NCBI GenBank assembly: GCA_964585945.1
Contig: CAZPGB010000014.1
Span: forward strand, 6,912 to 70,911
Source of the DNA: an uncultured bacterium
Lineage (GTDB): Bacteria > Eisenbacteria > RBG-16-71-46 > CAIMUX01 > WJJG01
Length of the DNA: 64,000 bases
Reading direction: 5' to 3'
The translations under genes were made by a program, and so were the position numbers. This document shows positions 44,797 to 54,073 of the stretch, one piece after another; the stretch's first letter is position 1, and each line of letters begins with the position of its first letter. A model generated the notes under the pieces. That model did not search any database. It was not told the DNA's origin and saw only the letters and a list, made by a program, of their open reading frames with translations.

Positions 44797-45975
44797 ATGA
44801 ATTCAGAGGGTTGGAGCCTGGTCATCCTGGGGGCCTTTCTGCTGAGCGGGTTCCTGGCGCATCTCACCGGCAAGCGCTTCTTCGTGCCGCGCGTCACCAT
44901 CCTGCTGGTCTTGGGCGCGCTCTTCGGCCCATCCGCGCTGGACGTCATTCCCGCCGAGGTGTCCAACTGGTTTCCGCTCATCACGCACATGGCGCTGGCT
45001 ATGGTGGGCTTCCTGCTGGGCCGCAACTTCGTGATTTCGAAGATAAAAGAGATCGGGCGAGACGTTCTTTGCTTCTCGATCGGCGAGATCGTCCTGGCCG
45101 CCGCCGTTGTTCTCGCGGCCCTCCTGGCGGTGGGCGCATCGGTTGAGCTGGCTTTGGTGCTGGCCGGGATCGCGCCGGCCTCCGCGCCGGCCGCGATCTT
45201 CGAGACGGTTCGTCAGTACAAGGCCAAGGGGCCGTTGACGGAGACGGTGCTCGGCATCGTGGCCATCGACGACGCTTGGGGCGTTCTCATCTTCACCGCT
45301 CTGTTTGCAGTGGCCCAGACCGTGGCCGGGCAGGGAGTCAGTCTGCACGAGTTCGGCCGCGTTCTCTGGGAAATCGGTGGGGCCGTGCTGCTGGGAGCGG
45401 CGATCGGCTTCCCCATGGGCTGGATCACCTCACGCATTCGCGACGGGGCCATCACGTTGGTCGAAGCGGCCGGCTTCGTCTTCCTCTGCAGCGGCGCCGC
45501 CACGGTGCTGGGCGTTTCCTATCTGCTGGCCGCCATCGTTCTGGGCATGGTGGTTGCCAACACCGCCCATCCGGCCAAGCGGCCTTTTGCGGCCATCGAG
45601 AAGGTGCGCGAGCCATTCCTCGCAATCTTCTTCATCCTCTCGGGGTTTCGGCTCCATCTCGGCGCGCTCACCGCACTGGGCCTCGTCGGTCTTGTCTACG
45701 TTCTCGGTCGCGCCGCCGGGCTCATCAGCGGCGCCTGGGTCGTGGGACGGTTGATCGGCGCACGCGATGTGGTGCGCGAGAACGTCGGTTGGTGCATCCT
45801 CCCTCAGGCGGGGGTTGCGCTGGGCTTTGCACTCCTCGTTCAGGAGGAGATGCCGGCGATCGGGGACCAGACGCTGACATTGGTCGTTGCGACCACGGTG
45901 CTCTTCGAGATGGCCGGCCCGCCGATCGCCCGCTGGCGGCTGGGTCGCGCCGGTGAGCTGGGCGAAGGGAAGTGA
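44797..45975 (+). CDS. Cation:proton antiporter (Na+/H+ exchanger family, transmembrane domain only)
   Basis: About 11-12 TM segments with the CPA-family pattern. Confidence 0.8.
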   Translation: MNSEGWSLVILGAFLLSGFLAHLTGKRFFVPRVTILLVLGALFGPSALDVIPAEVSNWFPLITHMALAMVGFLLGRNFVISKIKEIGRDVLCFSIGEIVLAAAVVLAALLAVGASVELALVLAGIAPASAPAAIFETVRQYKAKGPLTETVLGIVAIDDAWGVLIFTALFAVAQTVAGQGVSLHEFGRVLWEIGGAVLLGAAIGFPMGWITSRIRDGAITLVEAAGFVFLCSGAATVLGVSYLLAAIVLGMVVANTAHPAKRPFAAIEKVREPFLAIFFILSGFRLHLGALTALGLVGLVYVLGRAAGLISGAWVVGRLIGARDVVRENVGWCILPQAGVALGFALLVQEEMPAIGDQTLTLVVATTVLFEMAGPPIARWRLGRAGELGEGK

Positions 45976-46004
45976 TCGGCTCGATCCCATCCGGCGGTTG
46001 CGGT

Positions 46005-46742
46005 TCATCGAATCAGAGTGGCCGCGAAGAGCACGGCAAGCCCCAGGCACCAGACCGCGGTCGCGGCGAACTGGGGCTGCTCGCTTCGGGTGCCCTTGAA
46101 CTCGGGCACCAGGTCGACCATGCCGATGTAGAGGAAGTTCCCGGCCGCGAGGGCGATGAGGAAATCGATCGAGATCTGCGCGGAGAGCGCATACGCGAGC
46201 AGCCCGCCGAGCGGAAAGCTGGCCCCCGAAACGGCGTTGAAGAGAAGCGCGCGCGACGGGCGCCACCCGCCCTGGACCAGGATGCCGAAATCACCGATTT
46301 CCTGGGGGATTTCGTGCGCCACGGCTGCGAACCAGGCGGTCAGCCCCAGGCGGAAGTCGGCCACGAACAGCGCCCCGACCGAGATTCCGCCGACCAGATT
46401 GTGCAATCCGTCGGCGAGGAGGATCAGGTGGGTGACCGGCCGAGCGTGCTCCGATTGGGCGCGATGGCAGTGGTGCCAGTGGAGCAGTTGTTCCAGAACC
46501 AGCATCGTCAGCATGCCGAGGGCGACCCAGAGATAGACGGGCATGCGGTTGCCCATCTGTCGCACCGCTGCCGGGATCATGTGGAACAGGGCTCCGCCGA
46601 TCAGCGCCCCCGAGGCCAGGGCCACCATCAGGGGCAGGATCCGGTCCAGGACCGACTTCCTCAGGATGAGGGTCAGGCTCCCGCTGAAGGCAATCGCGTT
46701 CATCAGGATCCCAAAGACGATGATCGCCGGCAAAGCTGACAT
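46005..46742 (-). CDS. ZIP family metal (zinc) transporter
   Basis: HEIPQEIGDF metal-binding motif. 8 TM segments. Start at an internal ATG with AGGAGA RBS. Confidence 0.8.
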   Translation of the reverse strand: MSALPAIIVFGILMNAIAFSGSLTLILRKSVLDRILPLMVALASGALIGGALFHMIPAAVRQMGNRMPVYLWVALGMLTMLVLEQLLHWHHCHRAQSEHARPVTHLILLADGLHNLVGGISVGALFVADFRLGLTAWFAAVAHEIPQEIGDFGILVQGGWRPSRALLFNAVSGASFPLGGLLAYALSAQISIDFLIALAAGNFLYIGMVDLVPEFKGTRSEQPQFAATAVWCLGLAVLFAATLIR

Positions 46743-47127
46743 GAGCATTCTCCTGAGCACCCTCCGGAACAGCCGGGTTCTGGCCCATCGATGGTCGCGA
46801 CCGATCCTCCTGCGCAGTGTGTCCTTGCGGCGCCAGCGCCGCCACCCAGCGGGATCTTCAGCCCGCGTGGTGATCTCCCCAGCCCAGGGCCTGGGGTATC
46901 CCCCCAGCGTCAGTTCGTAGCCGCCGGGCCCGGCGGTTCCCATTACCCCGGATTCCGCCGCTCCTGCCCCCGGCCTCAGTGTCGAGGGATGCCGTGGGCA
47001 CCAACCGATCCGCGCTTCGGGGTCGGAGAATGCGCTGTTTACGAACGATCCCAGGATTGCGCGCGCAATCGGCTGGGAGCACGAAGCTCGCCGGCGCCTC
47101 CGCGAGGTTCTGTGAGGAGCTGCCGCC

Positions 47128-47856
47128 ATGAAGCTGACATTCCTCGGCACACGCGGGTACATCGAGGCCCGCACGCGTCGTCACTACCGGCATGCGAGCC
47201 TCCTGGTGAGCTACCGCGGCGGGCGTCTCCTGGTCGACTGGGGCCAGGATTGGCTGGGACGCTGGCGTCGCGTCCCCAGGCCGCACGGGGTCCTGGTGAC
47301 CCATGCGCACCCCGACCACGCCTTCGGCCTGGAGAACGGCGCCCCGTGCCCGGTGTGGGCCACGGGGCCGTCCTGGGACGTGATGACCGATTTCGCCATC
47401 GAGGACCGCCGTGAGATCGGGGTGCACCACCCGATCACCATCGCCGGCATCACCTGTGAAGCGTTCACCGTGGAGCACTCCACGCGCGCGCCGGCGGTGG
47501 GATACCGCCTCGAGGCCGGCCGCGCCCGCATCTTCTATGTCCCCGACCTGGTCTACATTCACGAACGCGCGGAGGCCTTGCGCGGGGTCGACCTCTACAT
47601 CGGCGACGGGGCAACGATCGACCGCGACTTCGTCCGGCGACGTGGCCAGGCGCTCATCGGCCACGCCCCGGTGCGGACACAGCTCACCTGGTGCGGAAAG
47701 GAAGACGTGCCGCGTGCAATCTTCTCGCACTGTGGTTCCCAGATCGTCAGCGGCGACGAGCGGAGGATCGGGGCCCGCCTGCGCCGGATGGCGGCCGAGC
47801 GCGGGGATGTAGTGGTCGAGATCGCGCACGATGGCATGGAGGTCGTGCTGCGCTGA
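47128..47856 (+). CDS. MBL-fold metallo-hydrolase
   Basis: THAHPDH motif. Confidence 0.8.
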   Translation: MKLTFLGTRGYIEARTRRHYRHASLLVSYRGGRLLVDWGQDWLGRWRRVPRPHGVLVTHAHPDHAFGLENGAPCPVWATGPSWDVMTDFAIEDRREIGVHHPITIAGITCEAFTVEHSTRAPAVGYRLEAGRARIFYVPDLVYIHERAEALRGVDLYIGDGATIDRDFVRRRGQALIGHAPVRTQLTWCGKEDVPRAIFSHCGSQIVSGDERRIGARLRRMAAERGDVVVEIAHDGMEVVLR

Positions 47857-47923
47857 GGTACGGGCGCGGACGGGCGGCCTAGAGAGACGAGCCTCGAGGC
47901 GCGGAGGAAAGGGATAGGAGCCG

Positions 47924-49105
47924 ATGTTCTGGGAAAAGATGTCCGCTTGGACTGACATCAGTCTGGAATCGTTACGTGGTTGGGGCATCGCTGCGGGATT
48001 CGCGGTCGGCGCTGTGCTGGTCGGTCTAGTTCTGCACAAGATCCTGACCGGTCTGCTGCGCCGCTGGGGCGACCGCGAGGCGCCTCTGTTCGGAGGGCTT
48101 CGTCTGCACCTGGATCCTCTGGGCGGACCGTTGAAGTGGCTCCTGCCGGGTCTGTGCTTGACGGCTGTCGTGCCCGTCATGCCCTTGTCCGGCGGCGTGC
48201 GGGACGCCCTGGCGCATGCCGTTACGCTCTGGGTGATCGCGGCCGCAGCCGCCACGCTGATCGCCGGTTTAGCCGTGCTGCGTGAAGCGATCGCCGGTCG
48301 CTACACCGTGGACGTCAAGGACAACCTCCGCGCGCGCCAGGTGCAGACCCAGCTCCGCGTGATTCACCGCGTGGTGGCCGCCGTCATCATCGGGGTCACC
48401 CTGGCGGTCATGTTGACGACCTTCGAGCAGGTCAAGGAGGTCGGCGTCAGCCTGCTGGCCTCGGCGGGCGTGCTCGGGATCATCCTCGGCTTCGCGGCCC
48501 AACGCTCTGTGGCTACCCTGCTGGCCGGCGTCCAGATCGCCCTCACCCAGCCGATCCGCTTGGACGACGTCGTCATCGTGGAGGGCGAGTGGGGATGGAT
48601 CGAGGAGATCACGCTGACCTACGTGGTCGTCCGGATCTGGGATCAGCGACGCCTGATTGTGCCCATCCAGCAGTTCATCGAGAAGCCGTTCCAGAACTGG
48701 ACCCGGGTCAGCGCGGACATCCTCGGCACGGTTTACATCTACGCCGACTACACCTTGCCGGTGTCCGGGCTGCGAACCGAGCTCGAGCGGATCGTCCGGG
48801 AGTCGTCCGATTGGGACGAACGGGTGGTGAACATGCAGGTCACCGGCGCCGGCGATCAGACGGTGGAGATCCGCGCCCTGATGAGTGCCGCGGACTCTCC
48901 GGCAGCGTGGAACCTGCGGTGTCGCGTGCGCGAGCAGCTCATCGAGTACCTGCAGCGGGAACACCCCCGGAGCCTGCCGCGCACGAGGGTATCGCTCGAG
49001 TCGCGGGCGGAATCGCCGCGGCCGACGTCAGCGGGCGAACGAGCGACGGGCGCGACCGAGCAGATCGAAGCGCCTGGCGAGGTGGATCGAGCCCAGAACG
49101 AGTAG
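47924..49105 (+). CDS. Mechanosensitive ion channel, MscS family
   Basis: TM helices followed by the conserved beta-domain ...VIVEGEWGWIEEITLTYVVVRIWDQRRLIVPI... Low-complexity tail. Confidence 0.85.
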   Translation: MFWEKMSAWTDISLESLRGWGIAAGFAVGAVLVGLVLHKILTGLLRRWGDREAPLFGGLRLHLDPLGGPLKWLLPGLCLTAVVPVMPLSGGVRDALAHAVTLWVIAAAAATLIAGLAVLREAIAGRYTVDVKDNLRARQVQTQLRVIHRVVAAVIIGVTLAVMLTTFEQVKEVGVSLLASAGVLGIILGFAAQRSVATLLAGVQIALTQPIRLDDVVIVEGEWGWIEEITLTYVVVRIWDQRRLIVPIQQFIEKPFQNWTRVSADILGTVYIYADYTLPVSGLRTELERIVRESSDWDERVVNMQVTGAGDQTVEIRALMSAADSPAAWNLRCRVREQLIEYLQREHPRSLPRTRVSLESRAESPRPTSAGERATGATEQIEAPGEVDRAQNE

Positions 49106-49252
49106 CACCATGATCGGCCCGGTGTAGAGCATGAAGCGGGTTTGGCGCTGGTTTTCGTGTTCGGCGCGCAGCCGTGCGGCTTCGTCACGAATGCGCGTGA
49201 GATGGCCTAGCACGTCGGCATAGCCGTACCACCAGGCGTAGTCCGGACTCAT
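49028..49252 (-). CDS. Possible small single-TM protein, ATGA-coupled to the multiheme cytochrome gene
   Basis: Start ATG overlaps the cytochrome stop (ATGA). One C-terminal TM helix and a basic tail. Overlaps the MscS 3' end by 78 nt on the opposite strand. Confidence 0.35.
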   Translation of the reverse strand: MSPDYAWWYGYADVLGHLTRIRDEAARLRAEHENQRQTRFMLYTGPIMVLLVLGSIHLARRFDLLGRARRSFAR

Positions 49253-50487
49253 GTGGAAGGCGCCCTTGTAGGACTTGAGTGTCCCCGCTTGGCGCGATGC
49301 TCCTCAGTGTCGGTGATGTCCTCCAACTGCCCGACGGCGGGCTGGACGCCCATGCCCCAGATGATCTTGCGGGTCATGTTGTGGCTGGATGATCGGGCCC
49401 CGTCGGGGGCCACGTAGAGCATGTGGCAATACGCGCAGGTGGGGCCCTCGTAGGCGGCATCCGCCAGCGGAAGGCTCCAATCCCACCGGCGCCCGTCCGA
49501 AGCGAAGATCGCCCCGTGCTTGGAGGTGCTGTAGGCCTCCCAGTTCGGATGGTCGGGCCCCATATGGCAGGTCATGCACGACTGCGCCTGGCGCGCCTCG
49601 GAGGCCGTGAAGCGGTGCCGCGTGTGGCAGGCGATGCAGCCGTTGCGATAGGTGAGGCTCGACATGTCATCGTACTGCTGGCTTTCGATGTCCCAGTACT
49701 TCTGCATGGTGGCGCCGGCTTGGGCATGACACGGGTCGCAACCCACCTCCATGACCTTGCGGGGCATTTGATCGTAATGGGGCACGCCGATGTTGCGCTC
49801 CCAATTCCCCCCGATCTCTCCGGGGCCATAGCTGTGTCCGAGATCGAGCACGTGCTCCTGATAGATCTGGACGTGGCAGGTGGAGCAGACCACCTCGGCC
49901 ACCCGTCCCTTGGTTTGCGTGATCAAGGTGTGGTCGAGGCCATGGCAGTCGGAGCATCGATCGGCTTGGTCGATATCCGTCGCGATGCGCGGGTTCTGCC
50001 TTCCGGGGCGATGCATGAACGAGGTCACATACTGCGAGACAATGGTTGGGTTGTGCTTTCGGTGGCACTCGAGGCACTTCGCCGGTTCCTGCTCGCCCGT
50101 GGGAGGTGAGAATCGATGCGCCGGGCCGGCCGGGGCGGTGTCGACATACGCGTAGACCTGGGAAAGCTCCTTTTCGTCGATGGCCTGTTCGGGGAACGGC
50201 GGCATCTTTGCGCGGGGATTGCGCACCTGGTCTTTGAATGCGCCTGGCAACAGATCGGTGGACGCCAGGTCCGGACCAACGCCGCCGCGACCGCCGATGC
50301 CATGGCAGCCGATGCAACCCTTGGAGATGTAGAGCCGTTCACCTGCGGCGACGCCCCACGGGGGATTCTCCGCCCGGAGCGGGGATCCGTTGGCAACCAC
50401 GAGCACGACGAGGAGCGCCAACAGGCAGGCGAGGGCCGAGCGCCGCGGGGGGAGCGTTGTTGGACGAATCGGCATGGCGCATTCCAT
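49249..50487 (-). CDS. Multiheme c-type cytochrome (8 CXXCH): N-terminal class-I mono-heme domain + 7-heme domain
   Basis: CIGCH...MPPF first domain. Then CLECH, CSDCH, CSTCH, CDPCH, CIACH, CMTCH, CAYCH. Signal peptide. Confidence 0.8.
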   Translation of the reverse strand: MECAMPIRPTTLPPRRSALACLLALLVVLVVANGSPLRAENPPWGVAAGERLYISKGCIGCHGIGGRGGVGPDLASTDLLPGAFKDQVRNPRAKMPPFPEQAIDEKELSQVYAYVDTAPAGPAHRFSPPTGEQEPAKCLECHRKHNPTIVSQYVTSFMHRPGRQNPRIATDIDQADRCSDCHGLDHTLITQTKGRVAEVVCSTCHVQIYQEHVLDLGHSYGPGEIGGNWERNIGVPHYDQMPRKVMEVGCDPCHAQAGATMQKYWDIESQQYDDMSSLTYRNGCIACHTRHRFTASEARQAQSCMTCHMGPDHPNWEAYSTSKHGAIFASDGRRWDWSLPLADAAYEGPTCAYCHMLYVAPDGARSSSHNMTRKIIWGMGVQPAVGQLEDITDTEEHRAKRGHSSPTRAPST

Positions 50488-50855
50488 GGCTACGGTTGAG
50501 CTTGTCAGACTTGTACCGCAGTGCTCGAAGGCCGTGAATCCGGGAAGTCCGGTAACACATATCCGGGCTTGCCCCTGCGCCGTGGCCTCCCGGGTCGAGG
50601 ACGGCAGGGCGATGGTTATTTCCGCTTCTCGGTGGGCGACGGAAGCCGGGGTGCCCAGCGGCTTGTCGCGAGCTGGAGGTACTCTGGGTTGAAACCCCAG
50701 GACCCCATCCGGGATTGACCGAAGGGTTGGTCTGCACGGGGCCGGATGGCCCGGCGCACGGCCGCGGGCTAGAGTAACGATCCGTGCTCACGCACAAGAG
50801 CACCGGGCACCTAGGTCGAGTGCATCTCTAAGGGCCCCCAACGGGAGCACACGCG

Positions 50856-52475
50856 ATGCGGGTCGGAATCGCCGCCGATCATGCGGGCCTCGCCCTGAAG
50901 GCGAAGCTCAGCGCGCTCATCGAAGAGCTGGGTCACGAGACCGTGGACTTCGGCGCCTACCGGCCTGAGCCGCAAGACGACTATCCGGACTACGTGGCTC
51001 CGATGGGAAAGGCGCTGGCCTCCGGGGAGATCGAACGAGGCATCGCGATCTGCGGCAGTGGGGTGGGCGCATGCGTGGTGGCCAATAAGTTCCCGGGCGT
51101 GCGCGCGGGGCTGATCACGGAAGCATACTCCGCTCAGCAAGGTGTCGAGCACGATGACATGAACGTCCTCTGCCTGGGCGGACGGGTCACCGGCGAGGAC
51201 CTCGCCTGGGATCTCGTCAAGATCTTCCTGGACGCGGTGTTCACGGAACACCCGCGCCATGTTCGCCGCCTGGAGAAGATCCGGGCACTGGAAAAGGAGA
51301 TCGGCGCAATGAACACGAATCCCTTGCACGGCATCACGGAGCTGGGGCAGAGCATCTGGCTGGACTATCTACACCGGAACATGTTGGAGGACGGTGAGCT
51401 GCAGCAGTGGATCACACGAGATGGGATTCGCGGCGTCACCTCGAATCCGACCATCTTTCAGAAGGCCATGGGCGATGCCGACGCCTACGGTGAAGCGATT
51501 GACAGACTGCACGGCGAGGGCCACACGGGTCGCGAGATCTATCGGCGCCTGAGCGTGGAGGACGTCCAAAGAGCTGCGGACGCCTTCCATCCGTGCCACG
51601 TCCAGCACCAGGGACGCCACGGCTTCGTGAGCCTCGAGGTGGATCCCGGGCTTGCCCACGACACCGAGAGCACCATCGCCGAAGCCCGCGAGCTCTGGCA
51701 GATGGTGGGCAGGTCGAACCTCTACGTCAAGGTGCCCGCAACCGAAGCGGGCCTTCCGGCCATCCGGCGTCTGACGGCCGAAGGCATCAATGTGAACGTG
51801 ACCCTGCTCTTCGGATTGTCGCGCTATCGGAAGGTGGCCGAAGCCTATCTGGAAGGCCTGCGCGAACGGCTGCGGGATGGTCAACCCATGAACGAGCTCT
51901 CCTCCGTGGCGAGTTTCTTCCTCAGTCGAATCGATGCCCTGGTGGATCCGGTGCTGGAAGCCAAGAGCGCCGAGAACGACTTGACCGCGCGCTTGGCCGC
52001 CGAGCTCCGCGGACAGGTTGCGATCGCGTCCGCCCGACAGGCTTATCAGATCTACCGGGAGCTCTTCACCAGCGAGGGCTTCGCCGATTTGGCGGAGGCG
52101 GGCGCGCGACCGCAGCGGCTGGTTTGGGCGAGCACGGGGACCAAGAACCCGGACTACTCGGATGTGAAGTACGTGGAGGCGCTGATCGGTCCCGACACGG
52201 TGGTGACCGCCCCGCGCGAGACACTGGATGCGTTTCGCGACCACGGCGAGCCGGCCGCGCGTCTGGAGCACGACATCGATCGCGCGCGCGACGTATTCGA
52301 GCAACTGCCCGTGGTGGGCATCGACATCGATGTCGTGACGCGGCAGCTTGAAGAAAAGGGCGTCGAGACGTTCGCCGCGTCTTTTCAGAAGCTCCTGCGG
52401 ACGATCGAAGAGCGGCTCGAGAGCGTGGCGACGCGTTCGACAGGCTCCGCACGAGCACGCGCCGGCCGGGGTTGA
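50856..52475 (+). CDS. rpiB/tal: Fusion protein: ribose-5-phosphate isomerase B (N-terminal about 150 aa) + transaldolase (C-terminal about 385 aa)
   Basis: N-terminal MRVGIAADHAG...ICGSGVGACVVANKFPGVRAG (RpiB/LacAB). C-terminal NPLHGITELGQSIWLDYL...TSNPTIF...KVP (transaldolase). Confidence 0.85.
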   Translation: MRVGIAADHAGLALKAKLSALIEELGHETVDFGAYRPEPQDDYPDYVAPMGKALASGEIERGIAICGSGVGACVVANKFPGVRAGLITEAYSAQQGVEHDDMNVLCLGGRVTGEDLAWDLVKIFLDAVFTEHPRHVRRLEKIRALEKEIGAMNTNPLHGITELGQSIWLDYLHRNMLEDGELQQWITRDGIRGVTSNPTIFQKAMGDADAYGEAIDRLHGEGHTGREIYRRLSVEDVQRAADAFHPCHVQHQGRHGFVSLEVDPGLAHDTESTIAEARELWQMVGRSNLYVKVPATEAGLPAIRRLTAEGINVNVTLLFGLSRYRKVAEAYLEGLRERLRDGQPMNELSSVASFFLSRIDALVDPVLEAKSAENDLTARLAAELRGQVAIASARQAYQIYRELFTSEGFADLAEAGARPQRLVWASTGTKNPDYSDVKYVEALIGPDTVVTAPRETLDAFRDHGEPAARLEHDIDRARDVFEQLPVVGIDIDVVTRQLEEKGVETFAASFQKLLRTIEERLESVATRSTGSARARAGRG

Positions 52476-52509
52476 TGGCCACGGTTCATCCAGATCCGGC
52501 GGAGCGCAC

Positions 52510-52953
52510 ATGGTAGACTTCTTGGCCAATCGAGTGCTCTGGGTGGCGATCCTTGCGGATGCCATCGCGCAGCTCCTCAAGGTGTTGCTCGTTCTCATCA
52601 TCGAGCGGCAGTGGGTACCGGAGCGCTTGTTCGGCTCGGGCGGGATGCCCTCCTCGCATTCGGCGCTGGTGAGCGCCCTGGCGACGGGGGTCGCCATCCA
52701 AGAGGGTTTGGGAAGCTCGCTGTTCGCGGTCACGACGGTTGTGGGCCTGGTCATCATCTACGACGCCATGGGTGTTCGCCGAGCGGCCGGGCAGCAGGCA
52801 CACATTCTCAACGAGCTGATCGTGGAGCTCGGACATGTTCTGGATGAGGGCTTCAAGCCCGAGCGGCTCAAGACCCTCCTGGGTCACACCCTGCCACAGG
52901 TCGTCGCAGGTGTGATCCTGGGCGTGAGCATTGCGCTCCTGTTGGTTCCATGA
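52510..52953 (+). CDS. Divergent PAP2 family membrane protein (DUF212/YuiD-like)
   Basis: SGGMPSSHSA motif. Start at an internal ATG. Overlaps the 3' end of rpiB/tal. Confidence 0.75.
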   Translation: MVDFLANRVLWVAILADAIAQLLKVLLVLIIERQWVPERLFGSGGMPSSHSALVSALATGVAIQEGLGSSLFAVTTVVGLVIIYDAMGVRRAAGQQAHILNELIVELGHVLDEGFKPERLKTLLGHTLPQVVAGVILGVSIALLLVP

Positions 52954-53248
52954 GGATGATCTTGTAGGCGCAGGACTTAGGTCCGCGCTCGCCCGGCCCA
53001 TGGGCGCACTGCGCTTGTTGAGACCGCGCATCGCAATTGGGGGCTTCTCCCAACTCCGACCCCCTGGTCTCGCCTATAGCGGTCCGCCTGCGACCCGGGG
53101 ATGATCTCATGCGTCGGCGTCAAAGGACGTACTCGGCGGATGCGGTCCGTTCAGCATCCACGGTGCAAGGGTTGACGAACAATCGCGTGAAGGCTCGGAC
53201 GCGCGCCGGTGCGATCCCGGGCGAAGAACCAGAGAGCGAGGTGAATTC

Positions 53249-53668
53249 ATGGAGATCATGGTGAAGGATTTGGCTCTCATCGTCATCGCCCTTGCCATGG
53301 TAGTTATCGGCTACCAGGTCACGCGCGCCGGCCAGAAGATGCAGCAATTCCTCGAGCGATCGGAGAGGACCGTGGAGCGCTTCCAGATGATGGCGCCCCG
53401 CATCGAGAGCATCCTCGAGCGTAGTGATGAAGAGATGGCGGAAGTGCAGACGATCACCAGGAAGTCGCACCTCATTGTTGATCGCGTCGAGCAGACTAGT
53501 AGGGACATCCACGTCATGGCAGACGACCTGATCGGTCAGCTCCGGCTGGTCACCGACGGTTTCCGCCAGGTGCGCGCTGTCTACGCTGGAGCACGAGCGG
53601 GTTGGGAGACCCTCACGCATTCGAGCCCGGGGACGCGGCGTGATTCGTCTCTTGAGTCGGACGATTGA
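53249..53668 (+). CDS. DUF948-like membrane-anchored helical protein
   Basis: N-terminal TM (LALIVIALAMVVIGY) followed by a helical/coiled region. Confidence 0.6.
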   Translation: MEIMVKDLALIVIALAMVVIGYQVTRAGQKMQQFLERSERTVERFQMMAPRIESILERSDEEMAEVQTITRKSHLIVDRVEQTSRDIHVMADDLIGQLRLVTDGFRQVRAVYAGARAGWETLTHSSPGTRRDSSLESDD

Positions 53669-53728
53669 GCCTGCGATGACGTATCGGAGTGTGGGTGAAG
53701 CCCACGTCGCCACGCCATCGCCCGGAAG

Positions 53729-54055
53729 ATGAACTGGAAGACGAGAGGAGGCACTACCGTGTCGCGAGATGGCGATACTGCATTGGCGTTCTTGTTGGGA
53801 GCCGCTGTGGGCGGGATTGCCGCATTGCTGATCGCTCCCGCCAGCGGCAGGGAAACCCGCGCCAGACTGACCGAGAAGAGCGAAGAGTTCTATGGCAAGG
53901 GCAGGGAGACGGCCGAGAATCTCAAGGGCACTGCGGAAGAGCGGGTGCGTGATGTGGGTGACAAGGCGCGGGTGCGCGTCGACGCCGTCAAGGAGGCCGT
54001 GTCCGAAGGGCGCGACGCCTATCAGAAGGAGCTGCGCCGGAACGCGAGCTCGTAG
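53729..54055 (+). CDS. YtxH-domain protein
   Basis: LLGAAVGGIAALLIAPASGRETR followed by an amphipathic helix. Confidence 0.65.
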   Translation: MNWKTRGGTTVSRDGDTALAFLLGAAVGGIAALLIAPASGRETRARLTEKSEEFYGKGRETAENLKGTAEERVRDVGDKARVRVDAVKEAVSEGRDAYQKELRRNASS

Positions 54056-54073
54056 CTCATGAAGCCGCGCCCG

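Noticed and set aside
46858-48255. 465-aa minus-strand ORF
   Set aside because: Antisense to the MBL hydrolase (THAHPDH) and MscS genes. No recognisable motifs.
52486-53713. Minus-strand ORFs 52486..53031 and 53120..53713
   Set aside because: Antisense to the PAP2 (SGGMPSSHSA) and DUF948 genes, which have clear family features and RBSs.
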